The translations under genes were made by a program, and so were the position numbers. A model generated the notes under the pieces. The model was given only the letters and a program-made list of their open reading frames with translations, was not told the origin of the DNA and made no database searches. Shown here piece by piece: positions 1 through 12,940 of a DNA stretch of 64,000 nt (positions within the stretch are counted from its first letter, which is position 1; each line of letters begins with the position of its first letter). Source of the stretch: Lingula anatina (Eukaryota; Animalia; Brachiopoda); contig CM120648.1 in the NCBI GenBank assembly GCA_051362555.1, positions 11,962,587 through 12,026,586 of the forward strand, given 5' to 3'.

Positions 1-494
1 CTTTGAGCACATATGCTAGAGCCTATATCTTAAGGATTATTTTTGCAGTGTTTCCACGAACTGCTATATGCCGTTCCAAGAAGTACTAGAGAAAGTCTAC
101 CTCACCATTCCCCTATAAGGTTTTAAGTTATACTTGTATCTCAGTATCTTGCTGCTTTCTTATTACGATGTGACAGGAATGGTAGTCCGCTAGGAACCGT
201 AGTCTGCTCCCTATTACTTTATACAGGTGACATTCGTCCCCTATACTTACCACACCGACTATTTCTATCCTATATTAATCATATGGTCGGATTACGTGCG
301 ACTACTGTATAGAAACCGAATTCCGTATAAAAATTTTTGTTTATTTATTTTATTGACATCAAATTAATTTCAAGACATGCAATAGTCAGAATAAACACGT
401 TACACAAGTTCAGAAGTTTTTTTCTTTACTTTGTATTATAAACTCATGTGGCCAAGTGGTCGTTCTAGGAATGATAGAACACTTTGTACCCTAC

Positions 495-672
495 CGCATT
501 CGGAAAAGCGGACTAACTAGTCTGCGCATCAAGTATGGCGATCCACTTTAAAGCTTTTGTCTTATCCCCTATTAGACACTGATTTGATTCTCCGCGAGGA
601 TTACGAAATCAACATTCAAGTGGGCCGGCCATATTTGATCTGCGGTCTACTTAGTCCGTCGTTCTGAATGCG
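495..672. mobile_element. Palindromic MITE-like element with ~55-bp imperfect inverted arms
   Basis: The left arm cgcattcggaaaagcggactaactagtctgcgcatcaagtatggc matches the reverse complement of the right arm (cgcattcagaacgacggactaagtagaccgcagatcaaatatggc). No coding capacity. Confidence 0.6.
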
Positions 673-1632
673 ACCATATAGGAGAGAGCGGGACGCCTAT
701 CTGGGACATTGCACGCGTACACATTAACTCCATGAAGCAAATCGATAGATAAATAAAAGAAACAGAAAAGTTGCATTTGCTTATCGCAGATAAACTATAT
801 CGCGGACTAAGGATAAAACACACTGTTACTGTATTACGTGTGTACTAGGTTTCATAGCGGCGGTTATATTGAGGCTCAAAATCAACTCCCATGAAAAGAA
901 ATGAACGATATTTGTGTTGTCAAAGGCTATGCCATTTTCGCGTTTGTTTATATTGTTTCATATTATTCAAGTTGTATGTTTCCTGAATACGGGACCTACG
1001 AAACTGTTCTCTTCCACTACAGATTATGTGAATATAAAAGAAAACTTACAAAAGGTTTGTAAAACTTTCACCCCATTGGGACATCAATTAGACATTATAC
1101 ACTATAAATGGACATTTGCTCTCATCTGTATTCAAATACTGTCCCCAAGTATAGGGAGGAAGGTTACTGAACGATAAAAAAATGTTTTTCTAGTGGGTCT
1201 TTTAACAGGCTTGCCAAAGTTCCACTTCAACATAGGATCAGTCAAAAACTACGACCGATAAAAATAATGATAGGCGTATAACAATGCAGTCCAAAAAAGC
1301 CACTCCTCATGCCTAAAAAAGCAAGCCATCATTTTTTGCCATTAATTTAGCGTGCCATGTATACAGATAAATGCCATTTTTACTTACTATCGAAATCAGA
1401 TAAAGTTTCTCCCTCTTTAGAATCCCTTATGTACTGTTGATCAGAAGTAAGTGTGTTCTTCGGCGCTTGACGATAAAATGAAACAAATAATGTATGAACC
1501 AAACACGGTTTTATTGCCTCAGTAATGTAATAATGAATGTGAGGGCCACGTGACTTCGGGCGACCGCTGCGGCATGACTGAGGACAAGGACGTTGCTTGC
1601 ACTCTAGTTGACACAGATAGTTATGACTTGGT

Positions 1633-1804
1633 AGACCCGTAGCCAGGGGGGGTGGGGTTCGGGGGGTTCGAAAGAACCGCCCCTTTTGCTGGAAAAAGGT
1701 CAACTCTGGGTAAAATTTGATCTAGGTACATAATTTTTTTATGGGAAAAGGTCCACTTGTTCAGAAAAAAAGCCCCCCTTTTGAAATTGCTGGCTACGGG
1801 CCTG
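1633..1804. mobile_element. Non-autonomous DNA transposon (MITE), copy 1 of a family also at 44781-44915
   Basis: TIRs agacccgtagcca ... tggctacgggcctg. The internal sequence (gaaaaggtccac, cccccttttgaaattgc) recurs in reverse orientation at 44781-44915. Confidence 0.7.
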
Positions 1805-2354
1805 CTTGGATATATATCTCATGTGTCCTTAATGGAATTTTAGTGAAAGTTTTGATTCATCCAGTTATTTTATACTAAGATAATAAAAAATTGATTGAAA
1901 TAGTGGATCTTACTTTGAAACGGAGATCACTACGTTTCGACCTTATCACAAGGTCTTCTTCAAGTGGACTGATCTCCGTTTCAAAATTAGATCTAGTCTC
2001 ACAATCAATTTTTACATTATTTTCATAAATGAAATGTTACTGGTAATCTTGCACGCAGAAACTTCATGATGGGATACTCTTACTTTACCCAGGTATGCTC
2101 ATTGGATATCTGTTGTTTCCTTTTGTCCTGAAAAAAAAGGCACGAAACAAACGCCAACACGTAAACAGATTCAGTTTCTTTATTGATAGACACAAGGTTC
2201 AATCAATAACAACACAACTAACTGTAACATAGCAAACACAAATAAATGCATAATACTATGGATATAAACCATAGTAATATCAACACCCTGGCTAAAACGT
2301 TCAGTATTCAGCATGGATTTGAACTTCTCGCTTTTCTTTTTATTTCGTCTTTTA

Positions 2355-2355
<1 letters not shown>

Positions 2356-2412
<57 letters not shown>
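2356..2412. repeat. (ATT)n microsatellite
   Basis: Direct run of about 19 ATT units. It produces the poly-Leu shadow ORF 2246..2443. Confidence 0.95.
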
Positions 2413-2748
2413 GTGCGTATGCTACAGTTTTCATGCAAAATGACTGCTCACCACGTTTTTAAGTAAGTAAAGGGAAACCTCGGGTGACGCCGGAGAGTGC
2501 GGCGGCGGGGGGGGGGGGGGGGTGCATGTGATTGAATTGCTTTCATGACGCGCCACTTTTAAGAGTTTTGGGCTCCACTGAGGCAGTACTGCCTCTAGTA
2601 CTATATCAACTTTATAACCGGTATTTACGAGTAAGACAGAGTTCCCATCCCTAGATCGATCTAACAGGATTGGTCCCATCTCCACGGGGTTTCTCGCTAA
2701 AATGCTTTCAGCTTAAGTGGCTTACATGTCTGGGACGCCTACTAAAGC

Positions 2749-3463
2749 TGCTAAAATATCACTCAAAACATTTAGGCTAAAGCTCGCTGCACATTATGCG
2801 AGCAAGTAACGGTCGCATCTGACTGGCCTTTCTAGGGTGAAACTGGGGAATAGGCTTTTTTTATGTAGTGTGGAATAGTTCTTTCCACTATCATATCCAC
2901 GATAGTTAATTACACCCTATCAGCTTCAGTAGGCGTGACAGACATCTAAGCCGTTTAAGATAATTGCGAGGATCCCCTTGGAGATAGTTAGATCCAAAGT
3001 GAGCACGATAGGTTCTGGAAATGGTCTCTAAGAGCCTCCAGTGCATACAGGGTAGACCGCGTGCCGTGACAAAACTTGGATCGAGCGTACATCTCAGGAG
3101 GACACCCCTTCTCCAAACGCCCCAACAATTCCAGCTGAGAAGCATGTTTGCAGGAAGCAGATATCTTGAATTTGAAAGGTACTTTGGTGGACATGAAATT
3201 GATGTCGAACTTGTGAAAACGTACTTCTAAGTCCGGCGGGAATAATTGACCACCGGATGTGTAGTAACTCACCATTATAAATAAAGGTGCGTAACAAAGT
3301 TGTCATTTCTGAAATGATATGATAGTGGGAAGAACTGTTCCACACTACATAAAAAAGCCTATTCACCAGTTTCAACTTAGAAAGGTCAACCAGATGAGAA
3401 CGTTACTTGCTAGCATAATGTCCATCAGGCTTTAGCCTAATTGTTTTTAGTGATATTTCAGCA
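2749..3463. mobile_element. Foldback-like element: ~150-bp imperfect inverted repeats around a ~420-bp core
   Basis: 2749-2897 (tgctaaaatatcact...aataggcttttttatgtagtgtggaatagttctttccactatcatatc) is the reverse complement, with scattered mismatches, of 3316-3463 (gatatgatagtgggaagaactgttccacactacataaaaaagcctatt...gtgatatttcagca). Confidence 0.75.
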
Positions 3464-5285
3464 CCAGCGGTCAAATTATGGAATTTTTATATCCCAACTC
3501 GATCCTAATGTCTCCATCAGTTTGACCGCTATAGACATTAGTGTCACGGTCTAAAACACCCTGTTTATCAGAAACCAACCCGAATACTACTGTATAAGAC
3601 TTAACGGAGAAAATAGCTAATAACAGAGTTTGGCTCCGTGTAAACTTTTAAACTCGGGTTTCAAATTGAACAACTATTCCCTCGTGTGGTCATAATGGCT
3701 TGACAAACTAGTGCATATTATTCGTTCATGTAAGGTTTAGGATTAAGACGGCTTTAAGATCAACCAGAATCCTTTTTAGTCGACTTACGGGCTAAGACAT
3801 AAAAAGCAACGCACGTTGATGTACATGTATACCTGAATAATTTTACACCTGTTATACCGCTACTGACTTGCTTCATCTTAGTATTTCCAACTTGAAATTA
3901 ATAATTGTAATTAAAACTGACTTATTTTTACGTTTCATCCGACTTTTTCTTCATCGTTGTAGATTACGTATATAACGTAATTATGAAACATATAATTACA
4001 TTTTTGCTTGTAGGCCTGATATCACATAAGTGTGATAATAGGCCTAGATATATATTACATGTATGTATAACACAAGTAGTTTAGAGGGCCTGCAAAATGT
4101 ACTGTAATACTTTAGTGCTCAATAAATTATTATTATTAATTATTATTACCACGAAATAGGAGCTACAACTAAATTTTTCATTCCAGAAATTAACGTTGTA
4201 CCACCCGACTATTTCTCTGTCATATTCCATTCAATGAAGAAAAAAAAATGTCTGTATGATTATCTAGCTGTTAAATAGAAAAAAAATACTATTTTCGTCT
4301 TCCATAAAAAATTATATGTATTTTCATTGAATCAGGTTTTTGGGTGACTCGCTGGATAGCTGATGAGATTAATGAATGCTTTTCCTGTTGAAAGGAGATG
4401 TATTGTTCGTTATGATTCATCTGTTTACTTGCAATTAGGACCCAGGAGAAACATTATTATCTAGAGACCAATTTCTACTGTGGATGTGATAAGTAATATA
4501 ATTTCTCCCCAGTTGGCGTACTAGTAGGGCTAGGGCGCAGTGTCTCAACACCATTTTTGTTGACAGCAGAGCTGCAAATGATTCTAATCTCTCACTGGCA
4601 GACGTAGTGGATAGTATTGAGCTAAATGTCTGTGTGAAATGCGCATCGATGCTGAATTATTTTAAAGCTGTTTTTGGCCATAAACATCTTATTCAACTTC
4701 AATTTTTGGTAAAATAGATTTTTCACTGTCGTCTCGGTAATGATGACAAAAGAGTAAATCATTTTGCAGAGATCTACTTATAAGGCAGCACGTTTCAAAC
4801 CCTCACGAAAAGGCCTTGATCACGAGACTGTCTGAGTTCAAATATCATGTTTGGAAACCATTTGCATTTTTAGAACGACGTCATAATTTTTTTTCAGGGA
4901 TGCCTGAAATTATAAGCAACTCTTCTTGCTTACAGTACTGCAAGTTTGGCAGATGGCTGGAAGGTACATATTCATGAACTTCATGCCGTAGCGTCAAGTT
5001 TCCATTTTGCTTGACAGCGTAAAATAATGCAAATTGTATGCTATCGTGAACGAAAAGATTTTGGTTAGGTTCTAAAAAAATCCAACGTACTGGAGTAAAG
5101 TTGTCATTTAAAATAGTGTTTTATATGGCATAACTCAAACAATTTAATTGTTTTTTGATATTTATGTTTATTTTCAAAAATAGTTTTTAAATGTGAAATA
5201 TTATGATTCTTACATTACAATGTAGGTCTGATTATATAACTATGCTTCACTTTCGTAGTATTTATTATGAAAGATTTTACGAATT

Positions 5286-5426
5286 TCATAGTGGCGTGTC
5301 ATCATCGTCCAAATTGTTAGATCCGCTCTTTTCTTTCGTCACTTCCTGTATCAAAAACGTCACTTCCTTGGACACGCGCATCAGTTCTTTTTTGTCCAAC
5401 ACTTCCTTTGTTAGTTGTTCAAATGC
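5286..5426 (-). CDS. Tandem-PH adaptor gene (AFAP1-like), terminal coding exon
   Basis: Acceptor tttttcag|GCA, phase 0. Reads AFEQLTKEVLDKKELMRVSKEVTFLIQEVTKEKSGSNNLDDDDTPL*. TGA at 5288-5286 and a minus-strand AATAAA near 5272. Confidence 0.8.
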   Translation of the reverse strand, partial: AFEQLTKEVLDKKELMRVSKEVTFLIQEVTKEKSGSNNLDDDDTPL

Positions 5427-5809
5427 CTGAAAAAGATGAAGGCTTGTAAGTGAAAGTTATATATCACTTGTTTTAAAAGAGCAAAATATAAAGGGCAGAT
5501 TTTTAACGTTGGGACGTGCAATGCATTCAGCTGATACTGCTAGATCTAAGTGATGATGTGCACTCTATGAAAATACGTGTTTCTGCTCCATATTGCATGC
5601 ATCGGCTAATTCACTCAAAATATCTGCCATTTAAGTCAATAAAATTCTGATTAAATTTTTTCTAACATTATTAGGCACCTCGCACGTAAATGAGCGCGCA
5701 TGCAATGAACACATCCACCGCTCACCCAACAATACACACACACACACACTAACAGATGCACGAACACTCACACATACACACACACGCACATACACACACA
5801 CACACTTAC

Positions 5810-6469
5810 CTCTATTTCCTGCATCAGGTCCGGGTTAATGCTTTCCGTGCCCTGCTGCTCGTCGGCTATAGCTTCCCCGTGCTGCCCTCTGGTGACAAAT
5901 TCCCGATGGGACGTGCTTGGAGATTCGTTCTCTGACCCGCCGTGCCCGGAATCCATGCTCAATCTCTCTGTGACCGGCAATGCCCCTTCTCTCTCGTCTC
6001 TATCGCTGCTGACCAATTCCTCGTTAGTTGAATTGTCTTCACATGATACTGTTTCCTGTACAGTAATTAGTTTTTTCGATACCGTGCCGTTGGGAATATC
6101 GGGCTCCTCTGTTGTTAAAATTGGGACTGAGTTCCGGCTGACGTCATCATCAGCGTCATCGGCAAAACTCGGTGGCGGCGGTGGGATGAAAACGTCAGCA
6201 GCGAAGTCAACGTCATGCTTGGCAAAGCCGTCGCTTGCTCTCCCCGTGAGCATGGCGCGTTCCAGCTTTTCTCTGCGCTCGTTCTGTACAGTGATTCCCT
6301 TTTCTATGGACTGCAGCTTGTTGCGGAGCCCCTGAATCTGACTCTGTAAGTGCTTCTGGTCCGAGGGGTTGAAGACAGGTGGAGGGGGAGCCTTGGACTT
6401 GGGCCGGATTCGCAGCGGGAATTTGGGCTTGGGCTGCGCGGGTTGGAGTTCCTTTTCAAGATCTCCTAC
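5810..6469 (-). CDS. Tandem-PH adaptor gene, internal exon (coiled coil, Pro-rich motifs)
   Basis: tttcag|GTA ... GAG|gtaagt, 660 nt, phase 0/0. Lies within ORF 5768..6481. Contains the heptad-like LQSQIQGLRNKLQSIEKGI and the motifs APPPPVF and IPPPPPSF. Confidence 0.85.
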
Positions 6470-6763
6470 CTGAAAGTACAAGAAAATTCATAAAATAATA
6501 TTTTTAAAAAAATACCGGATTGTATAAACAAATGAAAGCTGAATTATGGATACGGACATTATGGATTTGAAATTGATAAGGATTCTACATTTATTTTAAA
6601 TTCTACTGTAAATGGTTACTTTGCTAAAACATTACATACGTTATCACGTATGCAGTTTTATGTACGGACAGATAGCATTTTCTTCGCATTTTCAATTATG
6701 CGTCAGTTCACATGAATTCTGACGTTAGTGTCAATGACGTCACTGTCACCTTGACCAGCATAC

Positions 6764-6940
6764 CTGAAGCAGCGTTGATACCCTCCGCTGTTTAAGATAC
6801 GTTATATCTCGAAGCACTTTTAATTTTTCTGAGGCCAGTTGCCTCGATGGATCAGATGGCGCTCTTAAGTAATGCTTCTCATCTTTTAATGGCGCTCTAC
6901 GATTCTGAGTTGGATTAGTGTTGTTATCGGAGCGCAATAG
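6764..6940 (-). CDS. Tandem-PH adaptor gene, internal exon
   Basis: tacag|CTA ... CAG|gtatgc, 177 nt, phase 0/0. Reads LLRSDNN...KQRRVSTLLQ. Confidence 0.8.
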
Positions 6941-7650
6941 CTGTATTAGAAATATTAGAATATTAGTGACTTGAGAAATGGAGCAGAGAATGTTATCCTC
7001 ACCAAAACTGTCACAGCAACCACAATAAATACAAATAGACTATACTCGTTAATCAACATACAGCACACATGAAAAGCCCGGGTTTTGATGGGGAAGGGGC
7101 GTGAAAAAAAAAACAGCTGGCTTGGGCAAATTTACTACAGGATGTAAAGGAGGGCAGAAATAAGGGAAATCGCTGTGTTTTGTTTTGTTTCGTTCGTTAT
7201 ATACTATTGGGGCTGGAGAGGGAGGGGGGGGCGGATGTGTCTCTAAAACAAAGGAGGGGAAAGGCACATGAACGCTGTGACGCCTGCACAATATTACTAG
7301 AATATCAGTAATGTGTTCAAGAATGGGGTGTAAGACAAAATGGCGGGTTTTATAATGTAGAACAGTTCTTCGTCTCCCCAACTGAAATGCTGTATTCGTC
7401 ATTTCATTAGCAAATATGTTATCAGAAAAACTTTTAAAGGAGCAAGAAAAATGGTAATTGTTACATTATTACTTTATTAATGATCAATGTTATGTAATGA
7501 AATCATCTTAAAGATGACGTCATATCTTTCTCCTTGCGTTAAGACAAATCGTTACGGCAAAGCACATAAAATGAACGCGGTTAATGTAAAGCACGACACA
7601 CATGTTGAGAACAAGATTCGCTGTGTATTATTATTATTATTATGCATTAC

Positions 7651-7736
7651 CTTGTGCCGCTTCTCAAGTTCTTCTTTTTGTGACAACATATCTTGGAGCA
7701 GCTGTTGTTTTGCCGCCTGATTTGTCAGTGGGGTTG
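7651..7736 (-). CDS. Tandem-PH adaptor gene, internal exon
   Basis: ttgcag|CA ... AAG|gtaatg, 86 nt, phase 1/0. Reads TPLTNQAAKQQLLQDMLSQKEELEKRHK (coiled-coil-like). Confidence 0.75.
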
Positions 7737-8013
7737 CTGCAATATGCAAATTGAAATTAATTTTTTACAAATTCACATTTTTCACAGAAAACGCGAAGAG
7801 CGCAATGAGAGACTTTAGTCCACATCAATATTTTACGGATACGACAAATAAAAAGCGAAAAAAAAACACCCTTTAACTTAGTCAAATAAAAACACAGACA
7901 CTATAGCCTTAAAATAATGCCTAAAACAGATTACGTGTGAGGTAAACGGGGACAACTAGTACTTTTTCATCTCCACCGTACAAATCTTGCAAATCCTTCC
8001 TCTATAACGTTAC

Positions 8014-8134
8014 CTCGAGCAGTCTTAAAATCCTGAAGAGTCACACTTCGATGCACACCACGTGTCTCACTCTGCTGTGACGTCACAAATTCTACCACAT
8101 CACCGGTAGAGGCGCTGTGTTGAAGTGCCTTATG
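8014..8134 (-). CDS. Tandem-PH adaptor gene, internal exon
   Basis: Strong polypyrimidine tract, cttcccag|CAT ... CGAG|gtaacg, 121 nt, phase 0/1. Open frame HKALQHSAS...DFKTAR. Phases fit both neighbouring exons. Confidence 0.75.
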
Positions 8135-8407
8135 CTGGGAAGAAAAAGAAAAGAAGATTTCGTTACATGGACACTGGGTTAGATATGGCGTGCACTTTTA
8201 AGTATTGAAATATGTAATACAATAGTTATTACATCAAACGAAAGGCCCATAATTTCAGGAATGCTATAGATATTTGACTCAAGGGGTAAAGAACCGACTG
8301 TACATGTATACCTATGTATGACTCCAATGCCTGCCTCGATATTTACATGTTAGTCGCCACATCCCATAGTTACCCATATATATTTAAACTTCTAAATTGC
8401 GTCTTAC

Positions 8408-10318
8408 CTTTATTTCTGACTTCGGGGCGGCATTTGATGCCACGTCATCCTGAAGCACGAGAACATCATTCTTGTCAGGCGTGTCTTGTAGACCAATATC
8501 ATCTATCTTCGAGTCTGGAAGCTTTGCCTGCGAGGGCATAGGATATGATTGGTCCTTTTCCCAAACGTACTTTACCGATTCGTCGTGTTTTGCGGCTACG
8601 TTCGGGAACAATTCCTCCCTACTCTCATCTTCGATAGAATCTTCAGCTTCGTCGCCTGAGTTCGAAGAGATATCTGATTGAGGGGCCAAGTTGTCCACAC
8701 TTCGGTTTATTTTAGCGGGATAAAGGGGTATATTCAAAGCGTTCCCTTCGCTGTTCTCCATTTCGGTATACGTTAACGAACTTAACGATTTGCATTTGCT
8801 TGCAAGCTTAGCATTCTTTGGCGTTCTTTTAGGTCTCTGAGGCATGGTGTCGCCGTCATTAAATTTCACAGATTTTCCGGTAGATGACGCTGTGTTTGTA
8901 AAGTGTTCCATGGAGTGGCGTCCGTGTATTGGTGGACGTTGCCCCGTTTCTTCTTTGAGCACGTGCAACCATCGACTCAACTCAAAGTCGTCTGCTGCCG
9001 AGAGGAATACGCTCTTGGCGCCCTCTCGGCACAGTTTAAATGCAAATGGATGCTTTGCTTTTTCCTTGTCCAGAACTGTCACTTTGTAGTCTCTCACACA
9101 TATGGCAATTTCAGGGTCCTCGAGAACCGTCTTGCTCTTAAAGCCATACAAGTGACCCCTGCCAATCACACACCACAATTTTGTCCACTTGAGCAAATAG
9201 CGTTGTTGCAAGTAGCCTGAAATACGGACATCTTGAAGGTGAGTCTTAATGGAGATGTCGAAAACGCCCGTCCTGGATTTATTTTTAAACACTAAATCTT
9301 TTATGCTTGATGCCGTCCTGGCAAGTTTTGATCCCAGACCTTTTCTCCCAGGCGTTGACATAGAATCGCTTCTGGACACAGATGCCCTTGTGCTCTGAGA
9401 CCGCGAAACTTTCACAGAAGGCTTAAAATCCACAAAGCTATGTTTTTCTTCTCGTGGGGATTCATCGGCGTTGAGGTCAACTGATGTGTGCACGTGTCTA
9501 TCTGGGGTATTCAGTGCCCCAAGAGGAGCTATGACAATGTGCTCCCTGGGCGACTCTGCATCGAGACTGCCATGGAGACTGTTGTCTTGCCAACAGTCAG
9601 ATGTTGGTGACGTGGGGCTTTCTGATTGGTGGAGGGATTCGTCACCATGGTGATTGTCCTGGAACTGAACTGGTACTGTAGGAGTGAATCCATTGACGTG
9701 ATCGATATTGTCTTGAAACTGAGGCGGAGCAGCGGGAAGGAAACCGTCCATGTTAGTGGCTTCAGACGAAGACGGTTCATATTCCCAAATATCCGTGCTT
9801 AAAGCAGACGCTATCTTCAATAAAGAAATCCACTTTTCGAAGTCCGTTTTATTGCCACAGCTGAATGTATAATGCTTGTCAGTCGGTTCTGAACTCAGCA
9901 TAAACTGATATTTTGCAGTAACGGCTCCACTATCAGAAGAATCAGATTTGGGTGCATTAAAAACGAGAGCTCTGACGTCATACCCAGGAAGCACGATGAC
10001 TTTTGATGACGTCACAGAGGTGTCGGAGTCGAAGATGCACATGAGCATGTCGGCGACGACACACCAGACGTCACATCCGGTCCTCTGGTCAGTCAGCCAT
10101 CCCATGTGGTCAGGACTGGTCAGATCCGCTATGGTGACCAGTTCGTCTAGGTTATCTCGATCTAGGTCAGTGACCAATAGGTTCTTCTGAAGAGACGTGC
10201 TGAACGAACATCTCCGAGCCATGGCGGATTTTGCCGATTTCGGTAGCAGGACGAAGTTCTCCACGAGATAGGAGCTGGAGGCGTCAAAGTAGGCCGACTT
10301 GTCCGCCACTCGAGACGC
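8408..10318 (-). CDS. Tandem-PH adaptor gene, large exon encoding two PH domains (AFAP1-family-like)
   Basis: ttctcag|GCG ... AAG|gtaaga, 1911 nt, phase 0/0. PH1 runs HMGWLTDQ...WCVV...LPGYDV...FEKWISLL. PH2 runs ISGYLQQRYLLKWTKLWCVI...KHPFAFKL...LSRWLHVLKEETG, and its C-terminal half recalls AFAP1 PH2 (KHPLTFRL...MGRWIGILLAETG). Confidence 0.9.
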
Positions 10319-12868
10319 CTGAGAAGAAAAAATATCATTTAGTGTGAATATATTTAAATCAATAATTGTATCATATGACAACTTGAGCGAACAGAAACTT
10401 CCACTGAGTCTTGAATATCTGGTTTCAATTCTGTATCATTTATTAATCTCTACAGATTTGAAATGAAATGACATGATTTTGTTCGTGAATTCCAAAGTTG
10501 GAACTTAACTATATTTTTTATTTGCAGTTTTATGTCACAAAAACGATACGCATATAGAATTTCATCTCTTACAGTGTTCAATTTCTCATTTAGGTTTTAA
10601 TAACAAGGTAATTCTCCCATTTCTACGACCCCGCTTTCTGTTCCAGCTATTTGAGTTCATACAAACACGCATAGACCCATCTGAATGTGTCCCCAGTGCA
10701 TTATTTTATTGAACCTAATACTCTGCCAGGATTTGCTCGGCGCCCTCGGGTCATCGATCGAATCGTGCTCTATACACCGGGATTAAGCAACAAGAAGACA
10801 AATAGTACCTGGGCACAAATCAGGTAAAAAAGCAAACAAGACCCAGAGTGGCTCTCCGAATGCGTCGAGAAATCCCTTTTGTGTTGCCAAAAAGATCGTT
10901 AAATTTCACAATGGAAGTGAAGTAAAACTCGAGGGTATATTGAGACAATGTTGTCATTTCTTTTATAAAGCAGGATATTGGGTGTGTTTGGAATACAATA
11001 CCGGAAATAGAGGACTGTTTATTGGGTACAGTGACACTATTTAGCTTTTTTCCTCTCAACGTTAAACAAAGTCACCGTTGCCGTCATTGTTGGTAGTTTT
11101 CTATAGCCAGGTTCTTGCTAGCAAACCCTTTTATCCTCTACTGTCCTGGATAGCTTGACGTCACGACCTTCCGATATTTACACATCCTCGTAAAATGTTG
11201 TTTGAAAAAGTTTAACATATTGCTTAAAACTGTACATAACGACTGAGCTAATGCAATGTCATTGCTTTTATATTTCTTAAGGTGTATAGGGCGCTTTGAC
11301 ATTTTGATAAAGTGTGCCATAGAATTTTTCATAAACGTTATTGATATTTATTATTATTATTGTTATCATTAAGCAAGCCCACCCTTTTGCTTCACAATAT
11401 ATCATTTTGAATGAAGGTATACCGTAAATGTTAAATATATATTTTAGAATCTACAAAAACCCATTACATTATAGCCTATAATGGTAATGAAAATCAGCTG
11501 GTGTCAGAACGACGCCGGTTGCTTTGCTTGTGACAATGCTGCAGGGGATTTACTGAGACACTTTTACTTTTCATGAAGCACAACGACCCGATGACACACT
11601 GCTTTACTAGTTTCTACCCTTTTCAAGGGTGACTTTGGCGTGACTTGTTACAATTACCCTTTTCGGCTGCCTGTTGGGATCGAGTTCACGACATAGTGGA
11701 AATAAGTAAGGCTCAGTTGCCATAGCAAAAGTGTAGGTTTAGTTTCTACAGGTATTATAATGGTTGAGAAATCAATATGTTATCAAGTGCACCCAGCAAA
11801 CACATGACGTCTTTTCAACTTTATTGTGACGTAACGAGAGCAATCGGGCATCGACGTGACGTCAAATGTCTGAACGTCACATCAATTCGCGAAGGCATCA
11901 GTTTGCAACTTGGAGAAAAAGTTGACAAATATGTCATCACGGTGAAGAGTGGTTTACACTACAGTGACACGGGTCAAGATAAGACGACACCCCTGTCTAT
12001 GTCAATATACTGTATATAAAGACACTGGTTACCCCTGTCTGTGTCATCCCGGTTAAAGGACAAAATGTAATGACATTGGTAAACGTCAACACTACATTCA
12101 GACATACATAGTATTTCCTATTGCTGTCTCAGTATCAATAATTAGAGATTGTGTCTACACCAGGTGCGGTCAGATCATCTCATTGACAAACGTTCTACTC
12201 AAAATTGGGTAGTCAAAATAATTCTCGGCATTCTACAGCATGTGATCATGAAATCTAGGGTGGACAACCCTGGATAATAAGACGAGAAGAGACCTAACAT
12301 TTTCTGTAGCTTTCTTGGGTACGGCATCATCTCCTATTATTAATTTTCTTTCTTTACAAAACAGAATCTTCATCTCTGGGCCCTTCTGAAGCATTTTGAA
12401 CCTCACTGTTGGTACATTACCTTTACAAAAGAATACAATTTTCTGTCAATTTTGCCTTTTTTGTTGAAGAGGTTAGCGAGCTATCCCTGTCCTCACATAT
12501 TGGGACACGCCAGAGGCACTGGAACGTGCTTGTAAACCCAGGAACTGCACATATCCATGTATATTTCTTAACGACCCTACTAAAAACTCTACTAGGGTGG
12601 CAAATATTATAGGCACATTTTCCACATGACTGAAAACCCAATGACCGTCTATTTATCCAAAGACATATCTGTGAATATCTTGTGAAAAAGCAATTTGTGA
12701 CCCTGGTAGAGGGGTATAACTAAAGACCGATGCAGCATTTTAAATGAAATACTTCCTGTATCAAATGGAACGCGAAGAGAGAAAGTTGAGCTTCATGAAA
12801 ATGACCACCCAAATGTAGTGTACAGAAATTAACGTTCTCTACTTTCAGCTTACTTTACGAGTACGTAC

Positions 12869-12940
12869 CTTCTTCTTGGGGACGCCACAGGTCCACTGAG
12901 CCCCCGTGTCTCTGGAGAAAATATCTAGTTGCCTAGCCAT
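12869..12940 (-). CDS. Candidate alternative first coding exon of the tandem-PH gene
   Basis: ATG at 12940, 24 open codons MARQLDIFSRDTGAQWTCGVPKKK, then donor AAG|gtacgt. Phase 0 fits the acceptor at 10318. A TATA-like TATATTTAAA lies on the minus strand near 13300. Confidence 0.55.

Noticed and set aside
12421-12480. Possible extra minus-strand exon LANLFNKKGKIDRKLYSFVK|gtaatg
   Set aside because: In-frame stops lie immediately upstream, and there is no ATG or polypyrimidine acceptor.
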